Part shown: positions 15,001 to 26,991 of the stretch, one piece after another | Layout of the letters: each line of letters begins with the position of its first letter | Numbering within the stretch: position 1 is the first letter of the stretch | From: Leidyana gryllorum EB-2025a | Taxonomy: Eukaryota > Protista > Apicomplexa | Direction: 5' to 3' | Length of the DNA: 64,000 bases | Assembly (NCBI GenBank): GCA_048772705.1 | Contig: JBLWGC010000104.1 | Coordinates: 868,001-932,000 of the forward strand | Notes under the pieces: model-generated | The model's database searches: none | The model's input: the letters and a program-made list of their open reading frames with translations, nothing else | Told to the model about the DNA's origin: nothing | Translations under genes and position numbers: made by a program

Positions 15001-18000
15001 GAACGAGTTGCACAGGCTGCTTCGTGCCCCAAAGACACTTGGATGGGGGTGGCGAGAACATTTGCCCTCTACAACACTGATCCGGACAAGAGACGACTGG
15101 ATGCGAAACTGTACCTAATGAGGGCAAAGATAATCTTAGCACTACCGGTGCGGATATCGTCCCAGATGGAGACCCCGACGCGATCTCTCTTGAGTGACAG
15201 CACTGACGAGAAGTCAATTTTCTACGATTTTGAGCTTCGACATCCTGTGGGAGGTCACATCAAGGACCCGGGCGATTGCTCTGACGGCCGATTCTCACAT
15301 CCGGTTCTCAGCACCCATCCATTCGCTCCCCAGAATGCGTACAAATTCGACTTTAAGTGGTGGGCTCAGCACTATGAGTCAATACCAGGGGACGAGGCAA
15401 ATCAAGACCTCCTGAGACGTACACGTGCGAGAGTGGAGGCGATAGACATTGTGCTGCGAGAGACGCATACAGCATTGCAGAGTGAACCGAGGTACATCAA
15501 GGCTTGGATTTTCTTGGCTCAGATGTACGAGGCTTTGTACCTCAGTAATCGGCGCGTGGGAACCTCGGTTAGTCAAGCGGAGGAGGAGAAATTAGATATC
15601 GACAAGGTGGTGTGGTCGGCCACGATTATGGAAGCTCGGAATGCATGGGAGTTTCTGCTGTTGGCTATGGCCGCTTACGCAACGGTGGCGTTCCTCGACG
15701 TCCGATATCCTCGTCGTACCCGGAAATGGGCTCACTTTGCCACCCAACGATTCTACAATCTGTGGTGGCACCATTTGCCCGTGTCGGCGATGACGAGCCC
15801 TGCCATAATCTCTTGGGCAGACATGATCGACTCGGAGTTATGGGCAAAATGCTACGGAAGCGTCTACTGGGACGCAATGCAGAATGTTGTTAATCAGGCG
15901 GCTGGCTTCTCGCGAGAAGTGAGTGCCGAGCCTTTGGTGTATATGACTAAGAGACTCCTTGTGTCTCATCCTCATGTGGTCACCAGCTACTTGGCTAATC
16001 ACATTCATCCCGCGATGACCATTGTAGCAGATGCGGCACGCAAGCAGATGGGATGCTACAAGTTAGAATCCTACACTTCACGTTTCACCGTGGCCAAGCA
16101 ACCATTAATCGAACGAGCTCGCCGAACAGTCATTTTAATGGAAGCGCGCAAAGCTGCCGGACAACCTGTCCTGTGGCAGAGAGCTGAGACTGGTGGTGAC
16201 AATACAGGCCCATCCATGGCAGACCTGAAGGGACTACTTCTTGGATGCATCAGGAACAAGGGTAACTGGGTCAAGTTCCCTCTGCACGATGGCCATCGGG
16301 ATTCGGCGACAGCTAAAGCGGTAGATGCTCACAGATACAGCCGTCCAGCCTTGACAGCCGATCCATTATATGGGCTGTGGCGCCAGCCTGAGACACGAAG
16401 CCGAATGACCCATTATCGTAATCACATGGCGTTGTGTGATGAGTTGATGGCCGGGATGTCACTCAAACAATATCTGAAGACCATACATCGGCAGACCCAT
16501 CCCAAGTGTTTGTCAGATCGACGATTCCACTGGCGCACCACAATCGGACCTCTCATGAAAATTGTGCTGGCTGCCACGACTTTGTGTCAGATTCATCAAG
16601 ACAAGGAGGTCAGCATGGAAGAGAAGATTGAGACCGATGGCCCGGTTTTCCGGACTTTGGAACGGTTCGCGGCCTATCTGGAGGCGACTGTGGTCCCGCT
16701 GTGGGCTGAACGGTGGGAGTTTGAGCTGACGTGTTTCGTGAAGGAGTTATGTCTGAGCATTTCGGCTTCGTCAACAGCCAAAGTGGCCTGGCTCTCCTGC
16801 AGTTTGGCACAGCTTATCATCGATGCAGGAGGACACTACCGAGTTGAGGAATGTCTGTGTCAGTTGCTACGCAGGCCACGCTCAGCAGCTTATGAGCTTT
16901 TAAAAGATGACGGAATTCAAAGCTTCATGGATAGAGTTAATTCCAATGATGTGGCAATCGAGCAGACGTATTTCGACAACAGTACCCTCAAGTTCATCAC
17001 GCACAAGTTTACAAATTATGAGGCTCTGTCGTTGTACGTATTGCCCGAATGGCACAAGAACTGGCTGGCATGTCTCCCCTACTTTACCCGTCGTCTTCCG
17101 GCCTCTGGCCTACAAGCTCGGATCAACAGACCCACCATCAAGTTGGGAGAGGGCTCACAGCTGGTTGAGCGGAATTCCGCCGCCAGCGAGATATATCACG
17201 CCGTCCCTGCCACAATGCCATCACGTGCCGTCATCCGAGGGCGCACCACAAATAATGTGATTGGCTCAGTCACTGTCAATGGGAAAAAGGGTTTGTTGGT
17301 GGATAACTTCACCATGGATCGGTATGCAGCATCGCAGAGGGCCACCGTGGCTCTTCAAAGTCTTCATGTAGTTATGAAGCGGAATCCATTTGTGAGAGAT
17401 CGGCACCTCCCGCGCAACTTAACACTGTTGCCCTTCACGACGTTGCCCATGGACAATGTCCATCCGGGACCAACTGGTTCGATCATGAGTATGGAGGTTG
17501 CTGGAGAGGATATCGGTCGCGGGAGATTAAAACCGTTTGTACGCAAGTTGAATGGCGAGTTCAGGAACACCCACGACTGGAACGAACAACGGCTGACATC
17601 AGGCGTTGGACTCGCGATGTTCAGAGAGGACTCAGATGTGAAGGCCATGGATTGGCCCAGCCGGCCTTTCAGCGTCTACACTGGCTCTCATCATCGTTTG
17701 GAAACCACCGATACCCAAATAGCTCCAATTGGACCTTTCCCATTGCAAGATGGAGTCCGGGCGGAGCTTCCGGTATGTAACTTCGAGGAAGACACCCACG
17801 AGTGTGGGAGATGTGTAGGCAACTACGAGGCAGAGTACGACGCCGGCGCGAACGTCTCACGGAGTTCTCTCCACAATGATATCGGCGCTAATGAATACAT
17901 CAAGCGGAACATTAAGCCTCCAATCAGCGACAAGTCGATCGCCTGGCGTCGCGGCTGTATGGTAGCGGACTCCTTGGCCGCCGATCTGGCTCTCAGATGT

Positions 18001-19281
18001 ATCCTGGGTGTACAAGAGGCTCCATGCTACATTGATTATGCCCATGGATGCGTCTACACTGACTGGAGTCTTGCCATCATAGACCCGACAGTCACCAATT
18101 GGCAGCCATTGCAGATCAGCGAAGAACTGGAAGAGTATCTCGGCGCAATCGGTCTTCTCGGCACTCTTCCGGGCACTCTTCTGGATGTCTTCGACTCCAT
18201 AGCCAATTGGTCGCTGAAAGACGAAGTTAAATCTGCACTGATGATGCTGGCCTCGAGTTGCCTCCTGTCAGACACAGAAAGCTCCACTGCCAACACCGAG
18301 AACACCAAAGTCTTACACGCCATCTCTGCTGAGACAATGTGGAGAAGAGCTGTGCGATACAGCTCGTACCCGTTCCGGGTAAAAGACGAACACGCCATGC
18401 GACGATATGATAGCTGCGACAATCGCACGGATCGGCTGGTGGCTGCCACCCGCGCCACAACAGACCTCCCGCCACATGCGTATGTGATGGGGCTCATCGA
18501 TCGTTGCAGAAAGTCCCAACGAATGCACTGGAAGTCCAGAGGAGGCCCCCTTTCTGCTGTTACCGATCCCACAGACCATTCCGCCTGCGCTAATCCGGAT
18601 ATCGCATCGGTAGACCTGCCTCTAAGAGTTCGTGACCCAAAATCTCGCAATTGGGTGCCAGATCCAAGACGCGGATTACGACGCTATAAGGTCCCGTTCC
18701 ATCCCGATCCCTCGGCTCGGCCGCCGCCAGTGCTGGACTACCCTTTCCATCACGATCACGATAATCTTTACCAAACCTTCTTTATCGCCCTCCGAGATCT
18801 CGCAAACACACATATAGATGTGACAGCCCATGTTCAGAGCAGCCGATTCTCCAACCTTTACTGGATGAGAGAAGGGCTACGTGTCTGGCCACTCATTCTC
18901 AACAACACCATTCTACGGGCAGTATCGGTAGCCACCTATGCTTTGCGATGTGACCCCAACTTCCGAGGAGCAAGCGACCAGCTGCTCGCCCGTCCGCAGG
19001 AGACCGTATCCGACCCTTTGTGGATGCTCCCATCAATTTCCAGTACACTTGACGAGTTCGACTATCTCCATGCCAGCTCTGTCTCAGCCTCAGAAGGGGA
19101 AGCTGCGCGACAAGTCGAAATGCAAGATGTTCCCCCGCCTTCTACACAGCCCGAAACATCCAGAGCTGAGAGCAGACGACGACAAAGAAACGTTGAAGAA
19201 GCTGCCCAAGGACCAAGCACATCCGCGCCCAAGTTACGTAGTCGAGCTAAGGCCAAAGCCAAAGTTCAGACACGCGTCTGA
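1..19281 (+). CDS. TRRAP: TRRAP/Tra1-like PIKK-family pseudokinase, multi-exon, 5' end outside window (>=6,258 aa in window)
   Basis: Ten GT-AG introns join the consecutive ORFs in frame: 271-316, 749-803, 986-1049, 1797-1844, 2585-2628, 3737-3785, 5899-5951, 6165-6214, 8336-8380, 8771-8820. The last exon (8821-19281) has Tra1 FAT-like motifs (WRIRSPPIWVGLDMLSDLFVRRNFLF; FVHSARKVYGLADVAGTLLTRMRQLP; ALQSEPRYIKAW). It also has PIKK-region motifs (LQSLHVVMKRNPFVRDRHL; PLQISEELEEYLGAIGLLG) but no DRH/DFG catalytic motifs. Motifs were recognised from memory, not by search. Confidence 0.75.
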
Positions 19282-19319
19282 AGTCCGCTTCAAACACACA
19301 CAAACATATACATCCGCAA

Positions 19320-20003
19320 ATGGATGCCCTGGATCTTGATGCCTACGAGGCGGAGGTGTTAGATTCTATCAAACGCCTGGCGTCCGAAAGCCGCAAACGC
19401 AAACTCGAACAGTGAGTCCAGCAACAGTAGCCGTTCACATCGTCATCATGTAGACTCAACTCGCGCATTGCAGAAGCGGAGGCCGAGATCGGGAAGTGGC
19501 TGCAGTCTGAAGAGAAGACCCTGACCGAACAAAAGTAAGGATGACCTCTGAAGTCTCTACTAACGACCTTCTGCATAGAGTGAGAGCTTTGTCCGAGGTC
19601 CGAAAGGCCCTTCAAAGCGCAGCCGCAATTCTGAAAGAGGTGAGCAGAAATCCACGATCTCCATTTCACCGAAATCTTAACCAGTCTATACCTCGCACGA
19701 AGAAATTACAAGCATATTGCGTTCCCCTGGCAAGCAAGGGGGATGAACAACTCGCTGAATGGAAAGAACAATTGGCAAAGTTCCAACAGGAGTATGCAGC
19801 CGAGCTGAAAGCCAATGAAACAGGTAACGCGCTGCGTCAACGTCAATGTTCTCTATGCCTTATCAGATATGGCAAAACTTGACCGTGAATTAGTGAAGAA
19901 GCTCAAAGTATTGAATCAAGAGTGCGAAGCGGAAGTAGGAGCCCGCGAAGCACGCCTCCAGACGCTCATGCAAATGTTTGAAGGTCAAGCAATGACTACG
20001 TGA
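19320..20003 (+). CDS. Small coiled-coil protein, 5 exons, ~169 aa, unknown function
   Basis: ATG at 19320. Introns 19412-19453, 19535-19578, 19640-19684 and 19824-19866 give an open, E/K/L/Q-rich heptad-like product (MDALDLDAYEAEVLDSIKRLASESRKRKLEQLNSRIAEAE...EARLQTLMQMFEGQAMTT). Confidence 0.75.
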
Positions 20004-20065
20004 AATGATTGTTTTCGGTTCGCGCACGTGTGTCTGATCAACCTGGTGCCTAAAGCTGTCTTTTC

Positions 20066-21431
20066 ATGTCTTTAACAACCCCAGCTGTCTCCCAGAGGGA
20101 GATGGTGGGTAGTTCTCCAGCCCCTGGCAGCAGATTTTTGAGCTCCGTTCAAAGTCCTGTCGCCCTGACTCCCAGACGCACGGCTTCTCTTCAACGCATC
20201 AATTCCTGGCAGCCCGGCTCATCTTGGCAACCCAGCAATCCGTACATCTTCGGTTCAAACATACTTCCACGTGAGCCCATGTCGCAAGGTGTGCGAGGTC
20301 CGGAACTGATCACCACTACCGGATCTTCATATGAAGGTCATCGGCCGTTGCTTCTGGAGAAAGAGCCCCACAGTGCGGACTGGAATACTGAAGTGCCGCG
20401 GATGCCCGCACGGGTCGAGCAGTATGATTACTCAAACCGAATGATAATGCACCCGACCGCGTGTCAGGACCCCAATGTGAGATCATGGCAGATCGACGAT
20501 GTTCTATGGTCCACTTCAGGTCTTGGTGATCACCATTCAATTTGTGACGGATTTAAAGCCTCTAGAGAGTGGAATGGGGCTCGGTCCGACCCCATATGAT
20601 GCGCATTACAGAGATCTAACATACGAGATAATGCCAAGCGCCACAAGGCAGAACCCGAAGTGAGTTGTGGTTACCGCTCAGTCATATTCGGTCTCAGCGG
20701 GGTTGTAGACGTGTTGAAGGCTGATCCGATTGGCCCGGTTGCTCCTTCCTACAGCCGTGGGCCTAGTTCCGGATTAGTACTGCACGTGAATTCGGAAATG
20801 ATGCGAATCCATTATGATGCCGACTTGAGGTATCACCTTCAAGTCTTCGAGAACACGCCTCGGGGACGGGTGGGATTTGGCTGTGCATTGCTGAGCCTTG
20901 CTCCAGATGACCCAGAGATTGCTATTGTGCCAGGTAGCACTGATGCTGAACGCCTGATCAATCATCCGGAGCATCGTCGATGCTTCAACCTCTACGGCGG
21001 AGGTAAGAAACCCAGTCACCGCCTTGCCATTCTATGTGAATTCAGGAGAAACGTCCGTCAGAGGAGTGATCGTAGTCGGACTGCTTTTGGACTTCTTGAG
21101 ACCTGGCGAGGTTCTGTGGCCGTCCCCTGCTTACTACGCGCGATGCAATGCTCGCATGCAACGCAATATTTCTAGGGTCGGTGAAGAGATCCACCGCCAA
21201 GTGCGAGGGAAGACGATTCCCTCGGAAGTTAACCAATACGCAGTGACTCAACATGACTTAGAGCCCCAAGTATCCACAAGGGCACCCGCTCCTCAAGTCC
21301 AAAATCCACGTAGTTGGATGACGTCAGTTGTCACATATCTCAAGGAGGTGCTGTCATCCTTTGACTTCCTGATGGACGATCAAGATATGTGCTGTCAAGA
21401 CTCATTCTCCCGCAACAGCCAACCACTATGA
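20066..21431 (+). CDS. Hypothetical protein, multi-exon; P/S-rich N-terminus, possible beta-sandwich (C2-like) core, C-terminal CC
   Basis: Introns 20520-20565, 20660-20697 and ~21003-21046 link ORFs 20066, 20660 and 21024 in frame. The domain call is weak. Confidence 0.6.
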
Positions 21432-24400
21432 TGTCTGGCTGGGCGTGGGCATCCCCAATAGCTTGTATACGAGCTACGAAGACATAATTAGTCAGCAAAT
21501 CATATGGCTGATGTACCTACCTGCCTCAAGAACGCTTGTGGAAAATGTCGAGACGATATGAAAATGAGGGTCGGGCTGATCAAGGTCGAGCCTCAGAATG
21601 ACGACGCGGCCGTCAGCACCCAACTGTAGATAGATGGATTCAAAAGCTTACATGCGATTTGTACGTACTGTGTATATATTCGGCCATTGAACATCAACAT
21701 CTCGTATAGCACAATCGTGACACACAATGCTGGCCTTTATTCTCTCAGTCGTGGTGTCGATTAACATGAGTTGTTGATCGTCTCCCACTGTGAGCAAAGC
21801 ATTAAGGTGGGGGGAGACCACTTTGTTGCAACCTCTCGAGTGGGCCGCGATGGAGACAACTGCATCAGAGGAGAGGTCACACTTCAGAACCGAGCCGTGT
21901 GAGGTCCCGAAGAATATATGGCCCGCCATCGACGCGGCGGTGAGGGGAACTGCTGGCAGCGAATGCGTTTTGATGAGTTGTAGATCCCTGGTATCAAGGT
22001 GGATCGCGACTTCAAGGACTTGTGCGGTTGACAATCCGAGAAACAGCGTCAGAAAAGAGGAACCCGGGTCTAGACGATGCGCGATGGAGAGTATCTTTTG
22101 ATCAGCCCAGCCAGAATCCTCATCTTGGCCTGTCTCATTCCGAATCTGGTCTTTGAACCAATCTCCGAATGGGAACCATATTGTTTGGGTTGTGTGATCA
22201 TATATCTGCAAACGTAGAAGGCTTCCGCCTATGACCAGAAGATCCGCCTCGTTGACGTAGTGCAGTGATTTGATAGCATTTCCCATGTGAGTGAGGGTTT
22301 TGATTGTCCATTGGCGGGTTTGAGGATTCCTCGTACACTGACGAACCACACCATCTTCCCCTCCCATGACACAAGTAGATCGTCCGATGGCAAGAAGGGC
22401 TGTGTGCTCTTCGGCGCCCACCAAGACACGGTCCAACGAGCTGACGGGGTTAAGACTCATGTGAGGCACGACGCAGATTATGATATGTTCCGCAGTCACC
22501 ATGGCCAGGTGGGTGAAGTCTTTGGAGTCCCGCATACATAGTGGTCGTCGCGGTCCCCCACAGTGAAAGGCGAATCGTTGCTGTCTCGAGGCCCGATGGT
22601 ACAAATATGCAGTTGAACCCTTCACTCCGCACAGTGTGAGAGGCGTCTGACTGTGTAAAAAGTCAAACGATTTGTACTTGACGACTCGGCTAAGTGTCAG
22701 CGAATCGGGGACGAACCAATTCCGCCTCCCATCGATCCCGATGGAGGTCAGTCTCCTTTGTTTGTCTGGGCTATCCTCCTCAGGATCGACCTCGAGCTGC
22801 AAACAGGTGATCTGCTTGGACGAGTGTGCCGTGGAGTTGATGTCCATCACACTCCATTCGTTTTGGGCGGAAGACTCGGCGATTTTGTATAGCACCCCAA
22901 GCTCACTACCCACATAGACGATCCGTGTTTCCGGATCCATTGCTAAGGCTGTGCAACGCACCGTGCGCATTCCAACTTTAGCCTTCTTGGCGGGGGGGTC
23001 AGTCATGGATTTAAGATTGGGGGAGGATATCTTGGGAGCGCGCCAGGGGGTGCTCTGTACTCGGCGATGAACTTCGACGACTGGCAGAGGAACTCCGGCA
23101 ACGACAGTGTCCTCTCGCGAGTCATACAGTGTGATTGTGCCTGGGTAGCCTCCTGCGATTACGATATGTCCGCAGATATGGATTCGATCAACGCTTCCGG
23201 AACCTTTGGTCGCGACGGAGTTGTAGTGTGACCATAGACCATCGAGTGGTGTTCCAGAGCATCGGAAAAACTCCAGCGTGGCCTTTCCCGTTCCCAGGAC
23301 GACTGTAGGCTCTCCAGCGGGTCCTTCGAACATCTCGGCACAACTTACACTGAGAGCGGTCGGGCACTGCGCCGCCTTACTCCAGGCCCCCTTCCCACCG
23401 TCGTAGACGAATAGAGCAGCATCCTGTGTCACAGCCAAGAGTGAAGAGTTGGCCCCACTATCCTCATCTCTGCAGCCCCCGCCACCACAAACTAAGGGAA
23501 TAGCTTTGATCACCCTAGAAGCGCTAGGAAGCTGAATCTGGACTGCTTTATGCGACCGGTTGAGAAGATGATCTCTCGACAATTTGATTAGGCGCCCATC
23601 ATCGTATCCACACCACCCAGAGGGGGTTATGACGTTACCACACACCCCCATACTATCAAAGAAAGTGTGTGACTCGAGCCCATTGGTCATTGAGAGCAGT
23701 TCACTGCTGAGTGGTGTCGCAGATACGAGACCACACTCTCTGTTGCACGAGAGGTGATGAGGAGAGAGAAACTTGAGGAAGCTTACCCTATGCCCAGAAG
23801 AGTTCGGTCTGCCGTGAAGTTGAGAGACCAGATGCGCCCGCGATGAACATTCTGGATTTTGTGCACCAAGACGTGTTCTGTGGCCGACTTTCTCTCCCAA
23901 ACGTGGATACATCGATCGTCAGAGGCGGTAGCGATGAGTCTGTGGTCGGCAGAGACGGAGACGGCAAAAACCAATCCTTTGTGGGATCTGAGAGTAGTTT
24001 TGGATTCCTGGACGAACTGGCGGTCATCGAAGCGATATATCTCTGTTTCCTGGAAAGGCGAGCCTAAGGCAACGAACATCGAGCCGACATTATCGCTCTG
24101 AGACGGCTCTGTCCAGATGCAGCCGGAGACATAGGTGGTGGTGGTGGCGGCCAAACACTCCACCACTCGAAGAGGTCCTTGGTGGGCCACTGTTGAAGAC
24201 AAGTCGATGCAGGCGATCCATCCTTGGGCATACAACAGATAGAGGAGGTGAGACTCGGGGTCAAAATGGGAGGCGAGGAGGCGATCTCGAGCATCGGCAT
24301 AGTTAATGTGACGTATGACTTTTGGGATCTTTGGCGGCAAATCGGGATTGACATCGTCGGAGGCCCACTGGAGGAGAAATATGTCCGTGTAGGTGGTGGT

Positions 24401-24655
24401 GCCCGCGATCAAAAGATGAACGGGAGTCTCCTGCTTCAAGTGTTGATCTTCATCTGTGCAAAGGGGCTGTAATTGGACAGCCGTCAAGTGACGATAGGTT
24501 TCCGATTGACCGTCATATATGAGGACTGATTGGTCGACAGTGGTGAGATGCAGAGTCGATGATGGTGATTGGTTGTTATAGAAATATAGTTTCCCCTGCG
24601 AGGATACATAACAGCCTCTGTCATCAACCTCAGCGACAGCGTCCAGAGGGCCCAT
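21340..24655 (-). CDS. WDR6: WDR6/Trm734-like multi-propeller WD40 protein (tRNA 2'-O-methylation cofactor family), ~1,058 aa
   Basis: Introns 23740-23786, 21624-21668 and 21474-21520. WD repeats include HKGLVFAVSVSADHRLIATASDDRCIHVW and HRGRIWSL. Family-like motifs occur in the expected order: CGGPRR, GGEDGVVR, AHSRGCN, TVGDDQQL, LGADGRV and terminal IIVVGCCG. Confidence 0.7.
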
Positions 24656-24714
24656 CGAAAAAAACCATTAGACGGGGTTAGTAGTTTTGATATATCGTGC
24701 AAACAAAGGATGTA

Positions 24715-26396
24715 TTAAACACGCGTCTTGGAAGACGATTTGGAGGAGGACTTGTGACGAGAAGATTTAGAACTGGACTTCACCTTGACAACCACCTCCT
24801 CCTCACTCTCCTCCTCATCATCGTCGTCACCCTCCAAATCGTTCAACATTTTAGACTCGAGCAACCGTTTGGCCAATCCAGGATGACCGGTTGGTCTGTT
24901 GGTTTGTTTCATGGGAGGAGAAGAAAGGAACACTTACACTCGAGTCCGGATTCTGTTGAAGCGTGTCTCTTTACGCTCCTCCTCCTCCCAACTCCCATCC
25001 GAATCTTCATCCTGATAGAGAGACGGACGAATGTGGCACGAGAGAGCAGAGAAGGGAGAGGGGGGATTTGTTGTAAGAAGTGGTGCTTACTATGGGTCGA
25101 GCATCTCCAAACTTGATGGCATCTTTGCTCCTCTTTTTCTTGCTGGAACTCTCGTCGTCTCCCCTGCGATCGCGATCCTTCTCTCGACTGCCGCGTTCCT
25201 TATCCCGTTTGCTTGATTTTTCCCGCTTCTCCTTATCGCCACTGCGGCGCTTGGGAGGCGAAGTTTCAGTGTCCTCCTCTGACGACGGCACATGGTGACG
25301 CGAGGCGGCCGCAGGAGGCGCCTGCGCCGAATTCTCATCACTGTCCTCATCACTGTTCATCTCCAGTTTGCGTAGCTGAGGGGCCAACTTTTTGGCTAGT
25401 TGGGGATGACCCGTCGGCCTGTCGTACACTTAGATTCAAACGAGAGACCCCCTCAACCACCCTCCTCACCTTCTATTATTGATTCGAGTAGAGCGGACTT
25501 GAGACCGCTTCTTATCATTCCATTCATCATCGTCATCCTGGGCATAAACAAAGTGAAAAGGTGCCAACTCGAATCAGAAACAGAAAGCAGACAGAGATAG
25601 AGAGAGCAGAGAGAGTGTGTGCCCAAACAGTTAGAGCGCACGTCATTTCTGGCAGGGGCCCAGGGCAGCCGGAGAACGACTCTGGTGCGAGGCGCCCACT
25701 TTTTGAGTTACCCACACATTTGGGAACCGACATTCATTTACGGGTACGATGGTGGAGGCGGAGAGGCGTGGGTGGGTCCCACTTCGCCGAGCTGAGCGCA
25801 ACTTACCTTTCCAATAACGGTGGCCTTTTCAATTCCAACCCGGGCCTTTTCGGGTTTACTCTTCTTCTTCTTGGATGGCACTTTTACCGTCTTGACGAGG
25901 ACTTCGGGTTCAACGGATTCTTCATCAGAAGACTCTACGGGGGGAGCGGGTGGTTTCTCCTTCTTTTTCTTCTCCCGCTCGCGGTCCCTCTGCTTAGAGT
26001 CGGAAGAGTGTTTCTCTTTCTTCTTAGAGGAAGAAGAAGCAGATGGGTCCTTCTTGCTGCTGCTGGAGGACTTCTTGCTATGTTTGGTGGTAACCTCAGC
26101 AGAGACCGAGGAAGCTGTGTCAGAAATATTACCCTCCATCTCGGCTAGTTCCCTGTGCACTTCGTTTACTCTTTGGACCAAACCGGGGTGACCCGTAGGC
26201 CTAGCAGGTTTTGTGAATTAATCAGCAGATCTTACACACGATCACGAATACGAATGTATCGCTGCTCCTGACGGGAGGCCTCGTAGAACTCGTCCTGGTG
26301 AAAGTAGATGAAGCCAAAATTTGATCTGCCTACAGAAGAATCTGTCCTTTGATGTTGCTGGGTTTTCAGCTGCACTACTTGCACCTTTCGCGGCAT
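24715..26396 (-). CDS. Charged low-complexity protein with three tandem 'R-I-x-x-R-x-PTGHP-x-L' modules, 7 exons, ~388 aa
   Basis: ATG at 26396 (MPRKVQVVQ). Introns 26295-26333, 26201-26235, 25538-25806, 25419-25469, 25012-25090 and 24896-24937 give an in-frame product ending at TAA 24715. Confidence 0.7.
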
Positions 26397-26991
26397 TGTC
26401 ACAAATTTTCAGTAACGAGTTGATCCCGAGCTGCTACAATCTGAGAGGCGATGTAGTTTGAACCAGACCGGTCCGGATGATTCCTGATCATCAGCTGTTT
26501 ATAGGCCTGCTCCACTCGACGGGCTCGCGCCAGAAGCCTGTGTGTGTGTACTCCAATGTCAGACCGGATTCCATCAACTCACGGAACGTTGAGAATGCGA
26601 GTAGCAACACGACGACTCAGAGGTTCCGGGAAACCAGAGAAGAACGGCCAGATTCGCGCTCGCCAGGGCACTCGGAAGAGACCTCCCATCTTGCCTCCTC
26701 AAATTTTTATGGTAGATGGCCTTCCGCTCGTCTGCTGCTATCTAGAACTACACACCCGACAAGGCCAGCTCCTCCAATCTTCGTCCGTTCGGACGGCCAG
26801 TACCCACACGGCGTGAACTATGCCAGCTATTCCGAGGATCACACACATCGCCGTCAACACACTCGATGGTATTCCAATGGCCGCTGCCGTGGCGACTATC
26901 AATCGCCCTAACCAAGGCGCCGCGCTCGGTCGAAGCAGATATATCGACAGATTCATTTGAGTCACAACTGAGATATCAGATATATATCAAA

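Noticed and set aside
17200-18600. Active PIKK kinase (TOR/ATM/ATR)
   Set aside because: No DRHxxN or DFG motifs are visible, and the FAT motifs fit Tra1/TRRAP better.
25572-25620. GA-rich microsatellite-like tract
   Set aside because: It is best explained as the pyrimidine-rich part of the 269-nt minus-strand intron.
26440-26991. Possible small + strand gene (ORFs 26477..26911, 26544..26816; possible intron 26712-26745)
   Set aside because: Several competing frames and no recognisable motif; I cannot support a model.
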